A DNA stretch of 64,000 nt from an uncultured Gammaproteobacteria bacterium (GCA_964435035.1 CAYSXR010000006.1:420-64419), one strand, 5' to 3'. Counted from the first letter of the stretch, positions 1-8,536 are shown. The notes: a model not told the origin generated them from the sequence alone. A program made the numbers and translations.

Positions 1-201
1 TATCAATCAAACGAAAACAATGAAAGAAAAAATATTATTGAAATCACTGATTTTGAAAATACCACATTCTTCAATAACAAAATTTCAATCGTTTGGTATG
101 AGGCACCTCCATCAGGAAACTACCGCCTGACCGCTGAAATCACGTCTAGAAACGATATTACGACTATAAGTGATGAGATACGCGTTCAGATAAAAAATTG
201 A
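1..201 (+). CDS. 3' end of an upstream gene (beta-rich, possibly Ig-like C-terminal domain), partial
   Basis: Frame 1 is open from base 1 to TGA at 199-201 (YQSNENNERK...SGNYRLTAEITSRNDITTISDEIRVQIKN) and is followed by a terminator. Confidence 0.6.
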   Translation, partial: YQSNENNERKNIIEITDFENTTFFNNKISIVWYEAPPSGNYRLTAEITSRNDITTISDEIRVQIKN

Positions 202-205
202 TCAA

Positions 206-238
206 AATAAAACCCCTCCGGATCGGAGGGGTTTTATT
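206..238. terminator. Bidirectional intrinsic terminator
   Basis: AATAAAACCCCTCCG-gat-CGGAGGGGTTTTATT between convergent genes. Confidence 0.85.
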
Positions 239-1365
239 TATTGCCTTATGGGCATCACAATATATTGAAACGTCTCATTACCCGGAACTTTAATGAGACA
301 CGGAGCATCAGGAGAATTTATTTGCATCTGTGCTTCTTCTTCATTAATTTGTTGCAACCCATCGAGTACATAACGATGATTCAAAAGTACAGTCATGGGT
401 TCACCTACCACTTCAGTATCAATATATGAGGTGTGTGCTCCAGTTTGAGCACTAATTGAAGAAACTCCTAAATGTTTCTTGACTGGATCCAACTCAAATG
501 AAATTGCATTTACCCCAACAGTGGTAAACAAACTCGCAGCTTTAATTTTATTCATCAGTTCAGAAACGGTAAATGTTGCCTGTGTTTTAAAAACAGTGGG
601 GATAATTTGTGTGTAATCAGGATATCGCCCTTCAATCAGTCGACTTACCATTTCAAACATATCATAACGAATCGCGATTTGATTATCACTTACCGTTACC
701 CTTACATTCTCTTCACCTTCATGCTGGCGGCCAAATTGAATCAGTCGAGCAATCTCATGAGCTACTCGCCCAGGTATAATACAGGTTACTTCCCCATCTT
801 CTCCCTGCGCAATCGGTACGCGAGCTTCTGATAATCGATATGAATCAGTCGCGGCCATAAGCAATCCTTCATATCGCTCGCTTTTAAATCTACAAAACAC
901 GCCAGAAAATTCCGGACGAATTTCATTTTTAGCACAAGAGATTGAAACTTTTGCGATAGTCTCTCTAAGAATGTTTGCATTAATGAGATAGGTGTGTCCC
1001 TCTTCAATTCCTGGAATGACCGGATATTCTTCTGCAGGAAATCCTTTTATTTTGGTTTCAGAACCAGACGAACGAATTACCAATTCATTTCCCTCAAGAG
1101 TGAGTTCCACCTGATCGTTCGTGAGTAATCGAATATATTCAGTGACTGTTCGAGCAGGAACGGTAAATGATCCAGGAATTTCTACTTTAGCTCGTATGTG
1201 TGTTTTGATTGAAACTTCTAAGTTGGTCGCACTTATCTCTACTCCAGACTCATGTGCTCGAATTAATATATTTTGTAATATGGGTAAATTTGCATGCTTC
1301 CCTGCAAAAGTACTTGCAATATCTAAACTGTATAATAAATTTTCACGTGTGGATGTTAATTTCAT
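238..1365 (-). CDS. dnaN: DNA polymerase III beta clamp
   Basis: 375 aa; LPILQNILI, ATNLE, ATDSYRL, IEGRYPDY and C-terminal YIVMPIR; downstream of dnaA. Confidence 0.98.
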   Translation of the reverse strand: MKLTSTRENLLYSLDIASTFAGKHANLPILQNILIRAHESGVEISATNLEVSIKTHIRAKVEIPGSFTVPARTVTEYIRLLTNDQVELTLEGNELVIRSSGSETKIKGFPAEEYPVIPGIEEGHTYLINANILRETIAKVSISCAKNEIRPEFSGVFCRFKSERYEGLLMAATDSYRLSEARVPIAQGEDGEVTCIIPGRVAHEIARLIQFGRQHEGEENVRVTVSDNQIAIRYDMFEMVSRLIEGRYPDYTQIIPTVFKTQATFTVSELMNKIKAASLFTTVGVNAISFELDPVKKHLGVSSISAQTGAHTSYIDTEVVGEPMTVLLNHRYVLDGLQQINEEEAQMQINSPDAPCLIKVPGNETFQYIVMPIRQ

Positions 1366-1612
1366 ATTTGTCTCTCTTTATATAATATATATCTAGTAGA
1401 TAATAATAGAGGCTGTGAATAGGGGGGATAAGTTGTTTTTAGAGCTACACACAGCAGAGATTTTACATTTGTACTGTGGAAACATGGTGGGGAAAGAAAG
1501 ATCAGAAAGTGAATAGAATAAATGAAATGGACAGTACCTGTGGAAAAGTTTTATTTCTCCCCCTTCTACCCACCGCCTTATATACACTTTTTAGCACAGT
1601 TATGCACAGAAA
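1366..1612. other. oriC, dnaA-dnaN part (unwinding region)
   Basis: AT-rich tract, TAG/TAA triplet run at 1394-1409, DnaA-box-like 9-mers at 1414, 1423, 1475, 1539 and TTATGCACA at 1600-1608. Confidence 0.85.
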
Positions 1613-3001
1613 TTAGATTTTGTTTGTGTATAACCTCTGCTTTATTAACTCCATGTCCTGTCTTAATTTCAAATCATTTTCTATTTGTAATACAATTTTC
1701 GAATGAGCGTGCATCGCAGTTGTGTGATCACGGCCACCAAGCTCTTCTCCAATACTTGGATAAGACAACTTAAGCTCTTCTCTCATGAGATACATGATAA
1801 CTTGTCTAGGAAAAGCAAAACGCTTCTCTCGACTCTTACCTAGTGTATCTTCAAGTCTAATGTCATAAAACTTGTTAACCTCCTCGATTAAGTCTTTAGG
1901 AGTAAGAGAGCGACGCATGTTTTGTTCTTGAAAGCTCGAGAGTATATGACGAATAGATTCCTCAGTTGGAAGAGTATTTTTGAGCTCGTGGAAAGCAATG
2001 ATTTTATTTAATGCACCTTCAAGTTCACGAATATTACTCTGTATATTTGTTGCAATCAGAGCTTGAATTTCGGTAGAAATAGGAAATTGACGTTCTTGTG
2101 CCTTCTTTTGGATGATCGCAATGCGGGTTTCAAGATCTGGCTGAGACACGTCAGCAATCATACCCCATTCAAATCTACTTCGAAGACGATCTTCAAGAGC
2201 TGGAATAGCCTTTGGAGGTCGGTCAGACGTCATAACTACCTGCTTACCCATCTGATGGAGTTCATTGAAGGTGTGGAAGAATTCTTCTTGGGTCTGTTCT
2301 TTACCCCCAATAAATTGGATATCATCAATCAAAAGTAAATCAACATTTCGATAACGGTCTTTGAATTCTTTGGCACGACCTTCTTTAATTGAAGCTACAA
2401 ACTCATTAGTAAATTTCTCAGAACTTACGTAGAGAATTTTCACATTAGGGTTGGCAGCAAGCATGGTATGACCAATAGCCTGAATCAGGTGAGTTTTTCC
2501 AAGCCCAACACCTCCATAGATAAACAAAGGGTTATAGGCCTCTCCAGGGCGAGAAGCTACTGCTTGGGAAGCTGCATGAGCTAGTTCATTGCCTTTACCG
2601 ACCACGAATGTTTCAAAAACATATTTAGGGTTAAGACCAAATTGCTGAACCAATAATGCTTTTTTTGGAAGTGGTGCAATCGAAGAGTGAAACAAGGGGG
2701 TTTTTGTGGCATCAAGAGAAGTGGGTCCGCATTCTTGTTCTTTGATATTTCGTACATTGTCGACTACATAATCAATCTTTTTTACAGGCTTTCCGGTGAC
2801 TCGTTCTAATATTTTGACAATAGTAGTATGATATTTTTTTTCTAGCCAGCTTTTGGTGAATGCATTCGGAACACACACAACGATACTACCATTCTCATAT
2901 TGAGAAATACCGGTATTTTTGAACCAAGTAGTGAAGTTAGCCTTAGAGAGAGTGAGTTCGAATTCAGCGAGAACTGACTGCCAAATTTCGTAATTAGTCA
3001 T
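1613..3001 (-). CDS. dnaA: Chromosomal replication initiator
   Basis: YNPLFIYGGVGLGKTHL, LLLIDDIQF, GGRDHTT. Confidence 0.99.
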   Translation of the reverse strand: MTNYEIWQSVLAEFELTLSKANFTTWFKNTGISQYENGSIVVCVPNAFTKSWLEKKYHTTIVKILERVTGKPVKKIDYVVDNVRNIKEQECGPTSLDATKTPLFHSSIAPLPKKALLVQQFGLNPKYVFETFVVGKGNELAHAASQAVASRPGEAYNPLFIYGGVGLGKTHLIQAIGHTMLAANPNVKILYVSSEKFTNEFVASIKEGRAKEFKDRYRNVDLLLIDDIQFIGGKEQTQEEFFHTFNELHQMGKQVVMTSDRPPKAIPALEDRLRSRFEWGMIADVSQPDLETRIAIIQKKAQERQFPISTEIQALIATNIQSNIRELEGALNKIIAFHELKNTLPTEESIRHILSSFQEQNMRRSLTPKDLIEEVNKFYDIRLEDTLGKSREKRFAFPRQVIMYLMREELKLSYPSIGEELGGRDHTTAMHAHSKIVLQIENDLKLRQDMELIKQRLYTNKI

Positions 3002-3009
3002 AACGTTTT

Positions 3010-3115
3010 TTTATGTGTGGAATTGTAACACAGTTTGAAAATTCGAAGTATCGTGGACTACAGGTAAGAAGTGCACAGGATGTGGATTAACTGTGGATGA
3101 TGTGGATAATGTGAG
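3010..3115. promoter_or_regulatory. DnaA box cluster upstream of dnaA (second part of oriC / autoregulation)
   Basis: TGTGGATTA at 3081, TGTGGATGA at 3092 and perfect TGTGGATAA at 3101-3109. Confidence 0.85.
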
Positions 3116-3250
3116 AAAGCCTAGTATGCCTGAAATAAAAATTATTGACAAATAAGCCATTTTCTTGTTTACTATTATGCGTCTCAATCGATTGTCTAGG
3201 CAATCGATATGGGGATATCCGTCACATGCAACTGGAGGAGTGCTCACGCA

Positions 3251-3559
3251 ATGTCAAAATCGAAACGGAATTTCGAGACACTCAAGCTCACCATGCTCGC
3301 CCTCATACTCAACCACAAGAGGACGACCGTGTCCCGTGAGCCGGGGAAGGTTCGAGTCGAGGTGGACCCCACGGGCGATCTGACCATCTTCAACGAGGAT
3401 GAGGATCGTCCTCTGATGTGTCGCCCGCTGAGGCATGGGCAGCCCGCTCTGAAGACGGAGGAGTTGACGACGATTCATCCCTATGGAGAACGGCGTTTTC
3501 CTGCCGCAGACCGTGCGTTCGCGTGGGTCGGCTACACCTTCATCGGGGGGAACGGATAG
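3251..3559 (+). CDS. GC-rich orphan protein (cassette 1)
   Basis: TTGACA at 3145, GGAGG SD before ATG 3251, GC-rich codons, downstream hairpins at 3559-3633. Confidence 0.65.
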   Translation: MSKSKRNFETLKLTMLALILNHKRTTVSREPGKVRVEVDPTGDLTIFNEDEDRPLMCRPLRHGQPALKTEELTTIHPYGERRFPAADRAFAWVGYTFIGGNG

Positions 3560-3664
3560 CAAGCGTTTTTGCGCTTGCAGGTCTCGCATCAGCTTTTTTA
3601 TCCAGTAATGGATTGAAAGGTTTGGTGCGAGGCTTCCAAATTCTCTAAAATTACGGAATTTTTC

Positions 3665-3693
3665 TTGACAAAACAGGTTAAATAGTGTATAGT
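3665..3693 (+). promoter_or_regulatory. Sigma70 promoter for rpmH
   Basis: TTGACA-17 nt-TATAGT. Confidence 0.75.
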
Positions 3694-3726
3694 ATATTTA
3701 TTAGTAATTACTTAAGGAGCATTTGT

Positions 3727-3903
3727 ATGCCAAAGCGAAAGTATCAACCAAAAAAACGAAAACGAGCAAAAACTCATGGTTTTTTGAAAAAAATGAGGAC
3801 AAAAGATGGTCGTGATGTACTCAAGCGCCGACGCGCTAAGGGTCGAAAGAAACTCACGGTGAGTAGTGAACGCAAAGGAAAACGCACTCAAAAGACCAGA
3901 TAA
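3727..3903 (+). CDS. rpmH: 50S ribosomal protein L34
   Basis: [43 protein letters not shown]. Confidence 0.97.
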   Translation: MPKRKYQPKKRKRAKTHGFLKKMRTKDGRDVLKRRRAKGRKKLTVSSERKGKRTQKTR

Positions 3904-3950
3904 ATTTGAACATATTCAAAGCCTCGCTCAAACGGGGCTTTGTGTTATAC

Positions 3951-4039
3951 TACATGCGAATTACGAATAAATCCCGAATTTACGAATTTGAATTCAAGAA
4001 ATTTATTCGTAGATTCGTACTATTCGTAATTCGCATGTA
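3951..4039. repeat. Palindromic element, ACATGCGAATTACGAAT family, copy 1
   Basis: TACATGCGAATTACGAATA...TATTCGTAATTCGCATGTA; related copies at 13065 and 22646. Confidence 0.85.
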
Positions 4040-4054
4040 ACCACTCGAAAATGT

Positions 4055-4432
4055 ATGCTTACCGAGCAGTATCGACTAAAAAAAATGAAAGATTTTGAAA
4101 TCCTCTTTAAAGAGGGTAGATTTGTGTTAGGTAATATTGTAGGTGCAAAGATCTGGAAAATTGATCCTACTAAATATCCTAAGCGTGGATATGTAGAAAC
4201 TGATCTAAAAATTGGATTTGTAGCTAGTGTAAAACATGAAAAGAAGGCTGTGGGGCGGAATCGGGTAAAGCGACAGATGCGAGAAGTGGTCAGGTTGTTG
4301 CTTAAAGATAATAGAATCAAAGAGGGCTACTTTATTGCATTTTTATCTACTCCTAAGCTTTTTAGCGCAGAATATGCTGATATTGCTCAGGACATTGAAT
4401 CTATTCTCAAAAAGGCGAGGCTACTCATCTAA
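4055..4432 (+). CDS. rnpA: Ribonuclease P protein component
   Basis: RLKKMKDF and the RNR motif KKAVGRNRVKRQMRE; follows rpmH. Confidence 0.95.
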   Translation: MLTEQYRLKKMKDFEILFKEGRFVLGNIVGAKIWKIDPTKYPKRGYVETDLKIGFVASVKHEKKAVGRNRVKRQMREVVRLLLKDNRIKEGYFIAFLSTPKLFSAEYADIAQDIESILKKARLLI

Positions 4433-4462
4433 TGGTGTTTTTACTCTCAAATAAGCTAAAAT

Positions 4463-4723
4463 ATGCAATTATTTCGCTTTATTATTACTATTCCGAAAAA
4501 CATACTCTTATTCCTTATTTGGGTGTATCAGCGAACACTTTCACCTGATCATGGGCCTATGAAGGTAAAATTTCCATATGGATATTGTAAATTTACCCCG
4601 AGTTGTAGTGAGTATGGGTATCAAGTAATCAAAAAATATGGCGTGATTCGAGGGTTACCAAGGGCGGCCTGGCGAATAATTCGTTGTAACCCCTGGTCCA
4701 AAGGTGGAATAGATAAGCCTTGA
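4463..4723 (+). CDS. yidD: Membrane protein insertion efficiency factor
   Basis: YQRTLSP, CKFTPSCSEY, RIIRCNPWSKGGID. Confidence 0.95.
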   Translation: MQLFRFIITIPKNILLFLIWVYQRTLSPDHGPMKVKFPYGYCKFTPSCSEYGYQVIKKYGVIRGLPRAAWRIIRCNPWSKGGIDKP

Positions 4724-4874
4724 CAAAAAGTGCTTTTTTTGATTAACTAAATCATTCTCGCATGAAAACTTTATAGAGAAAGCATGTATACAATTGTGGA
4801 AATTAACACAGGTTTCTAAAATTGTGTACATGGTACTGTGGGTACATCCGTAATAGCCTCAAGCGGAGGATCAT

Positions 4875-5186
4875 GTGAAGAATAAGCGAGAATTTCTGGT
4901 GCGTGCACTGACGGAAACGTCAGATAAGATCAGGGAACATTTTCCCGGGTTCGCCTGGATGGCGGAAGTTGGGGAAGCGGAAAAGGGGACGGCAAAGTAC
5001 TCAGAGGCACGTGGCATCCACTACTCAGATACAGTGCTCCGTGAGGAAAAAGAAGAAAATCTTCTGTATCTGTTGCAAAACCTGAAAAACCTCATCAAAG
5101 AAATAGGTTTCCAGTACAAGCATCAGGTCGACGCGAAGAAGCTCGTCGAAGAAGCACTGGAAGAGATAGGTAGTCAGAAAACCTGA
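4875..5186 (+). CDS. Orphan protein (cassette 2)
   Basis: TTGACA at 4720, hairpin leader at about 4783-4832, GGAGG SD before GTG, structured 3' UTR. Confidence 0.65.
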   Translation: MKNKREFLVRALTETSDKIREHFPGFAWMAEVGEAEKGTAKYSEARGIHYSDTVLREEKEENLLYLLQNLKNLIKEIGFQYKHQVDAKKLVEEALEEIGSQKT

Positions 5187-5275
5187 GACCCTACATTTTG
5201 TCCCCGTTTCGTAAAACGGAGAGCCAAGAGGAAGCAGAGCCTACAGGTTACGCCGTACCTAGAAAACAACGGCAA

Positions 5276-5331
5276 ACCTCTTCATGTGAAACATGAACTG
5301 ATGAGCTCTAATGGAAAAAAGAGCGAAAGGT
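5276..5331 (+). ncRNA. Type III hammerhead ribozyme
   Basis: ACCU-C / stem I UUCAUG..CAUGAA / CUGAUGA / stem II GCUCU..AGAGC / GAAA-GGU; core nucleotides and all three stems present. Confidence 0.8.
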
Positions 5332-5333
5332 AA

Positions 5334-5364
5334 AAATAAAACCGCCGTAAGGCGGATTTTTATT
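5334..5364. terminator. Intrinsic terminator (bidirectional)
   Basis: CCGCC-gtaa-GGCGG flanked by A-rich and T-rich tracts. Confidence 0.75.
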
Positions 5365-5432
5365 TCATCATCTCCGTGAAAACGGGGATCTTTTTGTCTA
5401 CCAATACAGATTCCCGCTTTCGCGGGAATGAC
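5365..5432. repeat. REP/dRS3-like palindromic pair (GTCATTCCCGCGAAAGCGGGAATC type)
   Basis: TCATCTCCGTGAAAACGGGGATC...GATTCCCGCTTTCGCGGGAATGAC in inverted arrangement. Confidence 0.75.
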
Positions 5433-5440
5433 GTACAAAG

Positions 5441-6514
5441 CTAGGCGATATGAAAATAACATACATCCCCATCTTTTACTTCATAGTCTTTTCCTACTAA
5501 TTGCATTTTGCCTTTTTCTTTGACACCTGGCCAGCCACCAAGTTCTACAAAGTCGGCAACACTTGCAACATCAGCTTTGATATATCCTTTGACAAAATCA
5601 GTATGGATTACTCCTGCAGCATCAGGACCAAGGGTTCCTCTCGTAACTGTCCATGCACGAGTTTCTTGTTCTCCAGAAGTAAAGTAAGTAATCAGATTAA
5701 GTAGTTTGTATCCTGCAACAATCAATCGATCAAGTCCCGTTTCTTTCATTCCCAAATCGTCCATAAACATTTGTGCATCTTCAGAAGAAAGTTCAGCAAT
5801 TTCGGATTCAATCTTTGCACTGATTTCTATATATGGAGTGGTACCAAAAATAGTCGTGAAATCTACTTTTCCTACCGCAGTTTCTTCTACATTTACCACA
5901 TACATCATGGGTTTCATGGTGAGCAAATGTAGATCTCGCACAATCAATTTTTCATCATCATTGAATTCAAGGTCTCGTGTAGGTAATCCACTACCCAATT
6001 GTGTATTTAATTTTTCGAGTACGGCAATTTCTATTTCTTTTCCTTTTGCTGCAGCACCTTTTGCGTCGCGTTTTGTTTTATCTAATCGTTTTGAGACAGT
6101 TGCAAGGTCGGCAAGTGCAAGTTCGAGATTGATAACATCACTATCATCTTTTGGATCCACTTTTCCTGTTACATGAATGATGTTTCCATCTTCAAATGCA
6201 CGAACCACTTGTACAATTGCGTCAGCTTCACGGATATGTGTGAGAAATTTGTTTCCCAAGCCTTCTCCTTCTGACGCACCTTTCACAATTCCCGCGATAT
6301 CTACAAATTGAATCGCAGTCGGGATAATTTTTCCAGATTTTGAAGTAGTGGCTAGCGGCGCAAGTCGTCCATCGGGTACTTCTACTACGCCAACATTGGG
6401 TTCAATCGTACAAAAAGGATAGTTTGCAGCTTCAGCGAGCTTACTTTTGGTAAGCGCGTTAAAAAGTGTTGATTTTCCTACGTTGGGGAGTCCGACAATT
6501 CCAATCGATAGCAT
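5441..6514 (-). CDS. ychF: Redox-regulated ATPase YchF
   Basis: [40 protein letters not shown]-terminal TGS domain. Confidence 0.98.
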   Translation of the reverse strand: MLSIGIVGLPNVGKSTLFNALTKSKLAEAANYPFCTIEPNVGVVEVPDGRLAPLATTSKSGKIIPTAIQFVDIAGIVKGASEGEGLGNKFLTHIREADAIVQVVRAFEDGNIIHVTGKVDPKDDSDVINLELALADLATVSKRLDKTKRDAKGAAAKGKEIEIAVLEKLNTQLGSGLPTRDLEFNDDEKLIVRDLHLLTMKPMMYVVNVEETAVGKVDFTTIFGTTPYIEISAKIESEIAELSSEDAQMFMDDLGMKETGLDRLIVAGYKLLNLITYFTSGEQETRAWTVTRGTLGPDAAGVIHTDFVKGYIKADVASVADFVELGGWPGVKEKGKMQLVGKDYEVKDGDVCYFHIA

Positions 6515-6673
6515 AATAACAAGTTAGTTTTGTATTGCGGAGTGTAGCAGAAGAAATCAAAAAAATCAAACCTAATATAACAAAAAAAGATATTGAAATC
6601 TTTTGAAGGTGGGTGTTCTAAGCCTGTTCGGTAAACGGACAGGCTTAGAACACGAGATCAAGGACACACGGCA

Positions 6674-6955
6674 TTAAGGTCGCCGCGTATGCGACGAGCT
6701 CGGCGCATAGCGCGCACGTCGGCGAGGGCGGACAGAGCCCCTTCTCCTTCGTGGTCGATGCCATCTTTTGGTGGGCGAACCTTCGTCCGACGAGGTGAAG
6801 AACCAGCTTATCATGTTGGGGTTAACGGGAGGGGTGACGCTGATGGCATCCTGAGTGTTGTCCAGCTCTCCGAGAGCTTTCGCCTGCTCGATAATGTATC
6901 GAGCGAACTCGGTTGCCAGACAAATGAGCGCTAAGGAGACAAAGAACTGAAGCAT
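6674..6955 (-). CDS. GC-rich orphan with hydrophobic N-terminus and Arg-rich C-terminus (cassette 3)
   Basis: TATACT -10 at 6998-7003, AAGGA SD, 15-bp perfect stem at 6613-6653 downstream; alternative start at 6964. Confidence 0.6.
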   Translation of the reverse strand: MLQFFVSLALICLATEFARYIIEQAKALGELDNTQDAISVTPPVNPNMISWFFTSSDEGSPTKRWHRPRRRRGSVRPRRRARYAPSSSHTRRP

Positions 6956-7306
6956 GATATACATCCTTGGCTGGGTGTCGGAGCAGAAACTGGAAAAAGT
7001 ATAACAGGTTTTTTCAAAAAAACAAGACGTAAAGGGTTTCTAAGAGGAATTTTTGGGATAAATTAATCTTAGCGTGCATTAAATTATATTGTACGACGCC
7101 TATATTCAATAAGTTTAAGCTAATTAAATTCAATTTTACTATATTACGAAGAAATTATAATGCATGTGGTTAATCTTCTTCATGGAGGTAGTATCGAGAT
7201 TACGACAATAAATAATACCGTTCTGGACTGGGTCCTACTCTACTGTTTCATCTATAGGTGATATATCGACCCCCCCCCGATTTTTCTAATTTAGATTGAA
7301 GCATCA

Positions 7307-7336
7307 AATAAACACGGCTTATATGCCGTGTTTATT
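7307..7336. terminator. Hairpin terminator downstream of tRNA-Arg
   Basis: AATAAACACGGC-ttatat-GCCGTGTTTATT. Confidence 0.7.
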
Positions 7337-7414
7337 GCTAATTATTGGAACTATCCCCGACTTTAGGCTTTTTGGGTACATCGAGACGAGGTTGTACTAG
7401 TGGAATTTTCAAAT

Positions 7415-7470
7415 TGGTGCCCCTACCGCGAATCCCCGCCCAAGGCGGGTGCGCCTTGGGCGCAGAACCT
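7415..7470 (-). repeat. Degenerate tRNA 3'-end duplicate interrupted by a 30-bp double-hairpin insert
   Basis: TGGTGCCCCTACCGCGAATC[CCCGCCCAAGGCGGGTGCGCCTTGGGCGCA]GAACCT versus the tRNA's TGGTGCCCTCGACAGGAATCGAACCT. Confidence 0.6.
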
Positions 7471-7472
7471 TT

Positions 7473-7547
7473 TGGTGCCCTCGACAGGAATCGAACCTGT
7501 ATCTAGACGTTAGGAGTGTCTTGTTCTATCCATTGAACTACGAGAGC
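7473..7547 (-). tRNA. tRNA-Arg(CCT)
   Basis: GCTCTCGTAGTTCAATGGATAGAAC...CT-CCT-AA...GGTTCGATTCC...GAGGGCACCA; CCA encoded. Confidence 0.93.
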
Positions 7548-7585
7548 ATTTTAACAACTATGACTAATTGTAAATTGTTGGTATA

Positions 7586-7601
7586 TGTTTCATGTGAAAC
7601 A
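7586..7601. promoter_or_regulatory. parS site
   Basis: TGTTTCATGTGAAACA, 15/16 match to TGTTTCACGTGAAACA; close to oriC. Confidence 0.8.
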
Positions 7602-7618
7602 AAGCAAATAGATCTTTA

Positions 7619-8359
7619 TTATTGGGTTAATGTATACAATAGTGTGTACATAGAGCTTACAGTGGCCGCATGAGTGATAGTGTCAACATACAACTCCTCT
7701 TCCTTGTTGCTAATAGTATATATTGTGTCTTCTGAAACGATAATTTCAACCGATTTGTATACATCTGTATGCACTTTTGAGGGAATAATCCAGCGAACAC
7801 TAGGTACCGCAGGAAGATCTTTGAGAGCCTGTCTATTTTCCGGAGTGTCGAATACGCAACAGATATTTGAAAGTCTGTTAGACTGAGATTTGACTTGGAA
7901 AAAGTCTACAAGAGTCTGTCGATCAAGAGTGGTAGGGCTAAGCAAGGAAATAAGTGTATTATTATTTGTATACAGTGTTCTATACAAATCCAAAACTGCT
8001 TCTTTTCCTACACGATTTGAAAGAAATGGGCGCCCGAGCATTGTATATGACGACTCAAGTTTTGGCAAGAGATTTTCAGCATCGTTTATGCGATTATTCC
8101 ACATGTTTTTTTGTCTCTCCGCGTATTCAATTAATTTTCGCGGATGTTTCACGTGAAACTCTGCGGGCTGTGAATTCTTTTTTTGTTCAACCAAATCAAA
8201 TGCAATTAATTGATCGAGTGAATGGTATCCAAGAGTTCGGGTGATACCAGCTCGGTGGGTGATTGAGGTTACGGTTCCAGATCCAAGTTCAAGAAGAGCA
8301 AGGTACGTTTTTGCTTCAGTTTCTGCAAGTCCAATTTTTACAAGCTCTTCAATCTGCAT
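7619..8359 (-). CDS. TrmB-family winged-HTH transcriptional regulator
   Basis: LVKIGLAETEAKTYLALLELG...ITRTLGYHSLDQLIAFDLV matches the TrmB N-terminal pattern. Confidence 0.85.
   Translation of the reverse strand: MQIEELVKIGLAETEAKTYLALLELGSGTVTSITHRAGITRTLGYHSLDQLIAFDLVEQKKNSQPAEFHVKHPRKLIEYAERQKNMWNNRINDAENLLPKLESSYTMLGRPFLSNRVGKEAVLDLYRTLYTNNNTLISLLSPTTLDRQTLVDFFQVKSQSNRLSNICCVFDTPENRQALKDLPAVPSVRWIIPSKVHTDVYKSVEIIVSEDTIYTISNKEEELYVDTITHAATVSSMYTLLYTLTQ
8145..8160. promoter_or_regulatory. parS site (intragenic)
   Basis: TGTTTCACGTGAAACT, 15/16 match to consensus. Confidence 0.8.
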
Positions 8360-8361
8360 AA

Positions 8362-8434
8362 TTGTAAATATAAATTTACAATAGGTAATAATTAAACTTA
8401 AATATAGTATATATTAGTAAATATAAATTTACAA
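8362..8434. promoter_or_regulatory. Duplicated palindromic operator
   Basis: TTGTAAAT-ATAA-ATTTACAA at 8362-8381; the 18-bp core is repeated exactly at 8417-8434. Confidence 0.7.
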
Positions 8435-8472
8435 GGTAGTACTAACGTAAGATAAGCATACATCATTTAACC

Positions 8473-8501
8473 TTGACAAAGAGGGTGTTTTGTGATATAA
8501 T
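8473..8501 (+). promoter_or_regulatory. Consensus sigma70 promoter of cassette 4
   Basis: TTGACA-17 nt-TATAAT with extended TG. Confidence 0.85.
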
Positions 8502-8536
8502 TTTTTGTCCTTACAACCAGGGACATGGAGGTTATC

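Noticed and set aside
5187-5275. Possible twister or other ribozyme upstream of the hammerhead
   Set aside because: Small hairpins are present, but I could not assign the conserved residues or pseudoknots
5278-5293. Third parS site
   Set aside because: It matches the site at 7586 at only 13/16 with one arm broken, and is better explained as hammerhead stem I
7030-7304. AT-rich stretch with a C9 tract as a phase-variable gene or pseudogene
   Set aside because: Adding or removing a base in the tract still gives early stops in the frames I tried, and no product is recognisable
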